DNA of 34,178 nucleotides, from NCBI RefSeq assembly GCF_001194135.2, contig NC_068993.1, forward strand, positions 14,767,530 through 14,801,707, read 5' to 3'. This DNA is from Octopus bimaculoides. Taxonomy: Eukaryota. The translations under genes and the position numbers were made by a program. Below the pieces are notes generated by a model. That model searched no databases. It saw only the letters and a program-made list of their open reading frames with translations, and was not told the origin of the DNA. Of this stretch, positions 33,388 to 34,178 are shown in pieces; the stretch's first letter is position 1, and every line of letters begins with the position of its first letter.

Positions 33388-34178
33388 CACCGTTTTTGGT
33401 TGCAGTACTGAATACTAATCGCGGTAAATTCCGTCCGTTGATTGATCCTGTATTTTTGTATGCGGTCGGAATAGGGCTATAACGTAATACACAGAGTACA
33501 CCAATTATGAGAGGAAACAAATTATATATACCATTATTTCACTTCTTACACATGTTTCTGTGTTCAATAATACACCAAATATTATGAATAAGATTTATAA
33601 ATGCAATTTATTAAGAACATTTATCTTATCGAAAGTGTCTTCATACAGGTTCAAAATACGAATCAAAGTCATGCAGCATCTTATATAAATACTTGAGATA
33701 TGCAAGGTGCGCAGTGAGAGTGAAGATGCGGATTTTATGTATGTTCACCCATGACAATAAATATATATAGACGCATATATATTGATGCAACGTAAGGGCC
33801 AAACGGAAGGTGAAGTCAAAGGTAAAGCTATTTTTACCGAGCCCGGATATAGACAAAAGGAGGTGTTGCGTTCGGTTGCGGAGCAGTATGGTATTTCGAT
33901 GACCAGGTCTAGAGGGTGATGTGGAGGCTGTTATGTATGACCTATGGTCGAGCGAGACATGTGTGTGTGTGTGTGTTATTGCATGATTATTTGGTTGTTG
34001 TGGAAGTGGTGAAGAAAAAATTATAATGCAATAGAATACGATTCAAAAATATGAGTAAGAAATATTGATAAACATACAGGACGTGAGAATCATGAAAATA
34101 GCGAAGGAAAATCCGCTAAGAGACATATATGGCTATGCAAAAGAAGGCATATACCTATATATATATATATATATATAT

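Noticed and set aside
1-34178. CRISPR array, operons, rRNA and prokaryotic regulatory sites
   Set aside because: There are no regularly spaced repeat-spacer units, and the sequence is eukaryotic intergenic or intronic DNA.

Overview
Eukaryotic, AT-rich, repeat-dominated draft-assembly sequence. It has seven N-gaps (about 3.0 kb) and very dense di-, tri- and tetranucleotide microsatellites. There is no operon structure, CRISPR array, rRNA or intact tRNA gene. The SINE sequences and microsatellite load look like an octopus (coleoid cephalopod) genome; this is inference from recalled repeat motifs, not a database hit. I can support about 13 full or partial copies of two tRNA-headed SINE families (my labels A and B). 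I can also support decayed fragments of a Helitron RepHel (17.2-18.05 kb), a Penelope-like RT (21.2-21.5 kb), a piggyBac transposase (33.1-33.3 kb) and RTE-like LINE 3' ends (32.0-32.9 kb). There is a MITE-like foldback element (23.9-24.6 kb) and a palindromic element with hammerhead-ribozyme-like cores (10.74-10.99 kb). No intact host gene can be assembled, and most entries in the ORF track are microsatellite, N-gap or SINE artefacts. The most intriguing non-TE signal is a 205-codon frame at 8247-8861 that reads like a single-pass membrane glycoprotein and is broken by one UAG. A 22-nt minus-strand micro-exon candidate lies at 27454-27475. I found no convincing new multi-gene system; the leads below are hypotheses.
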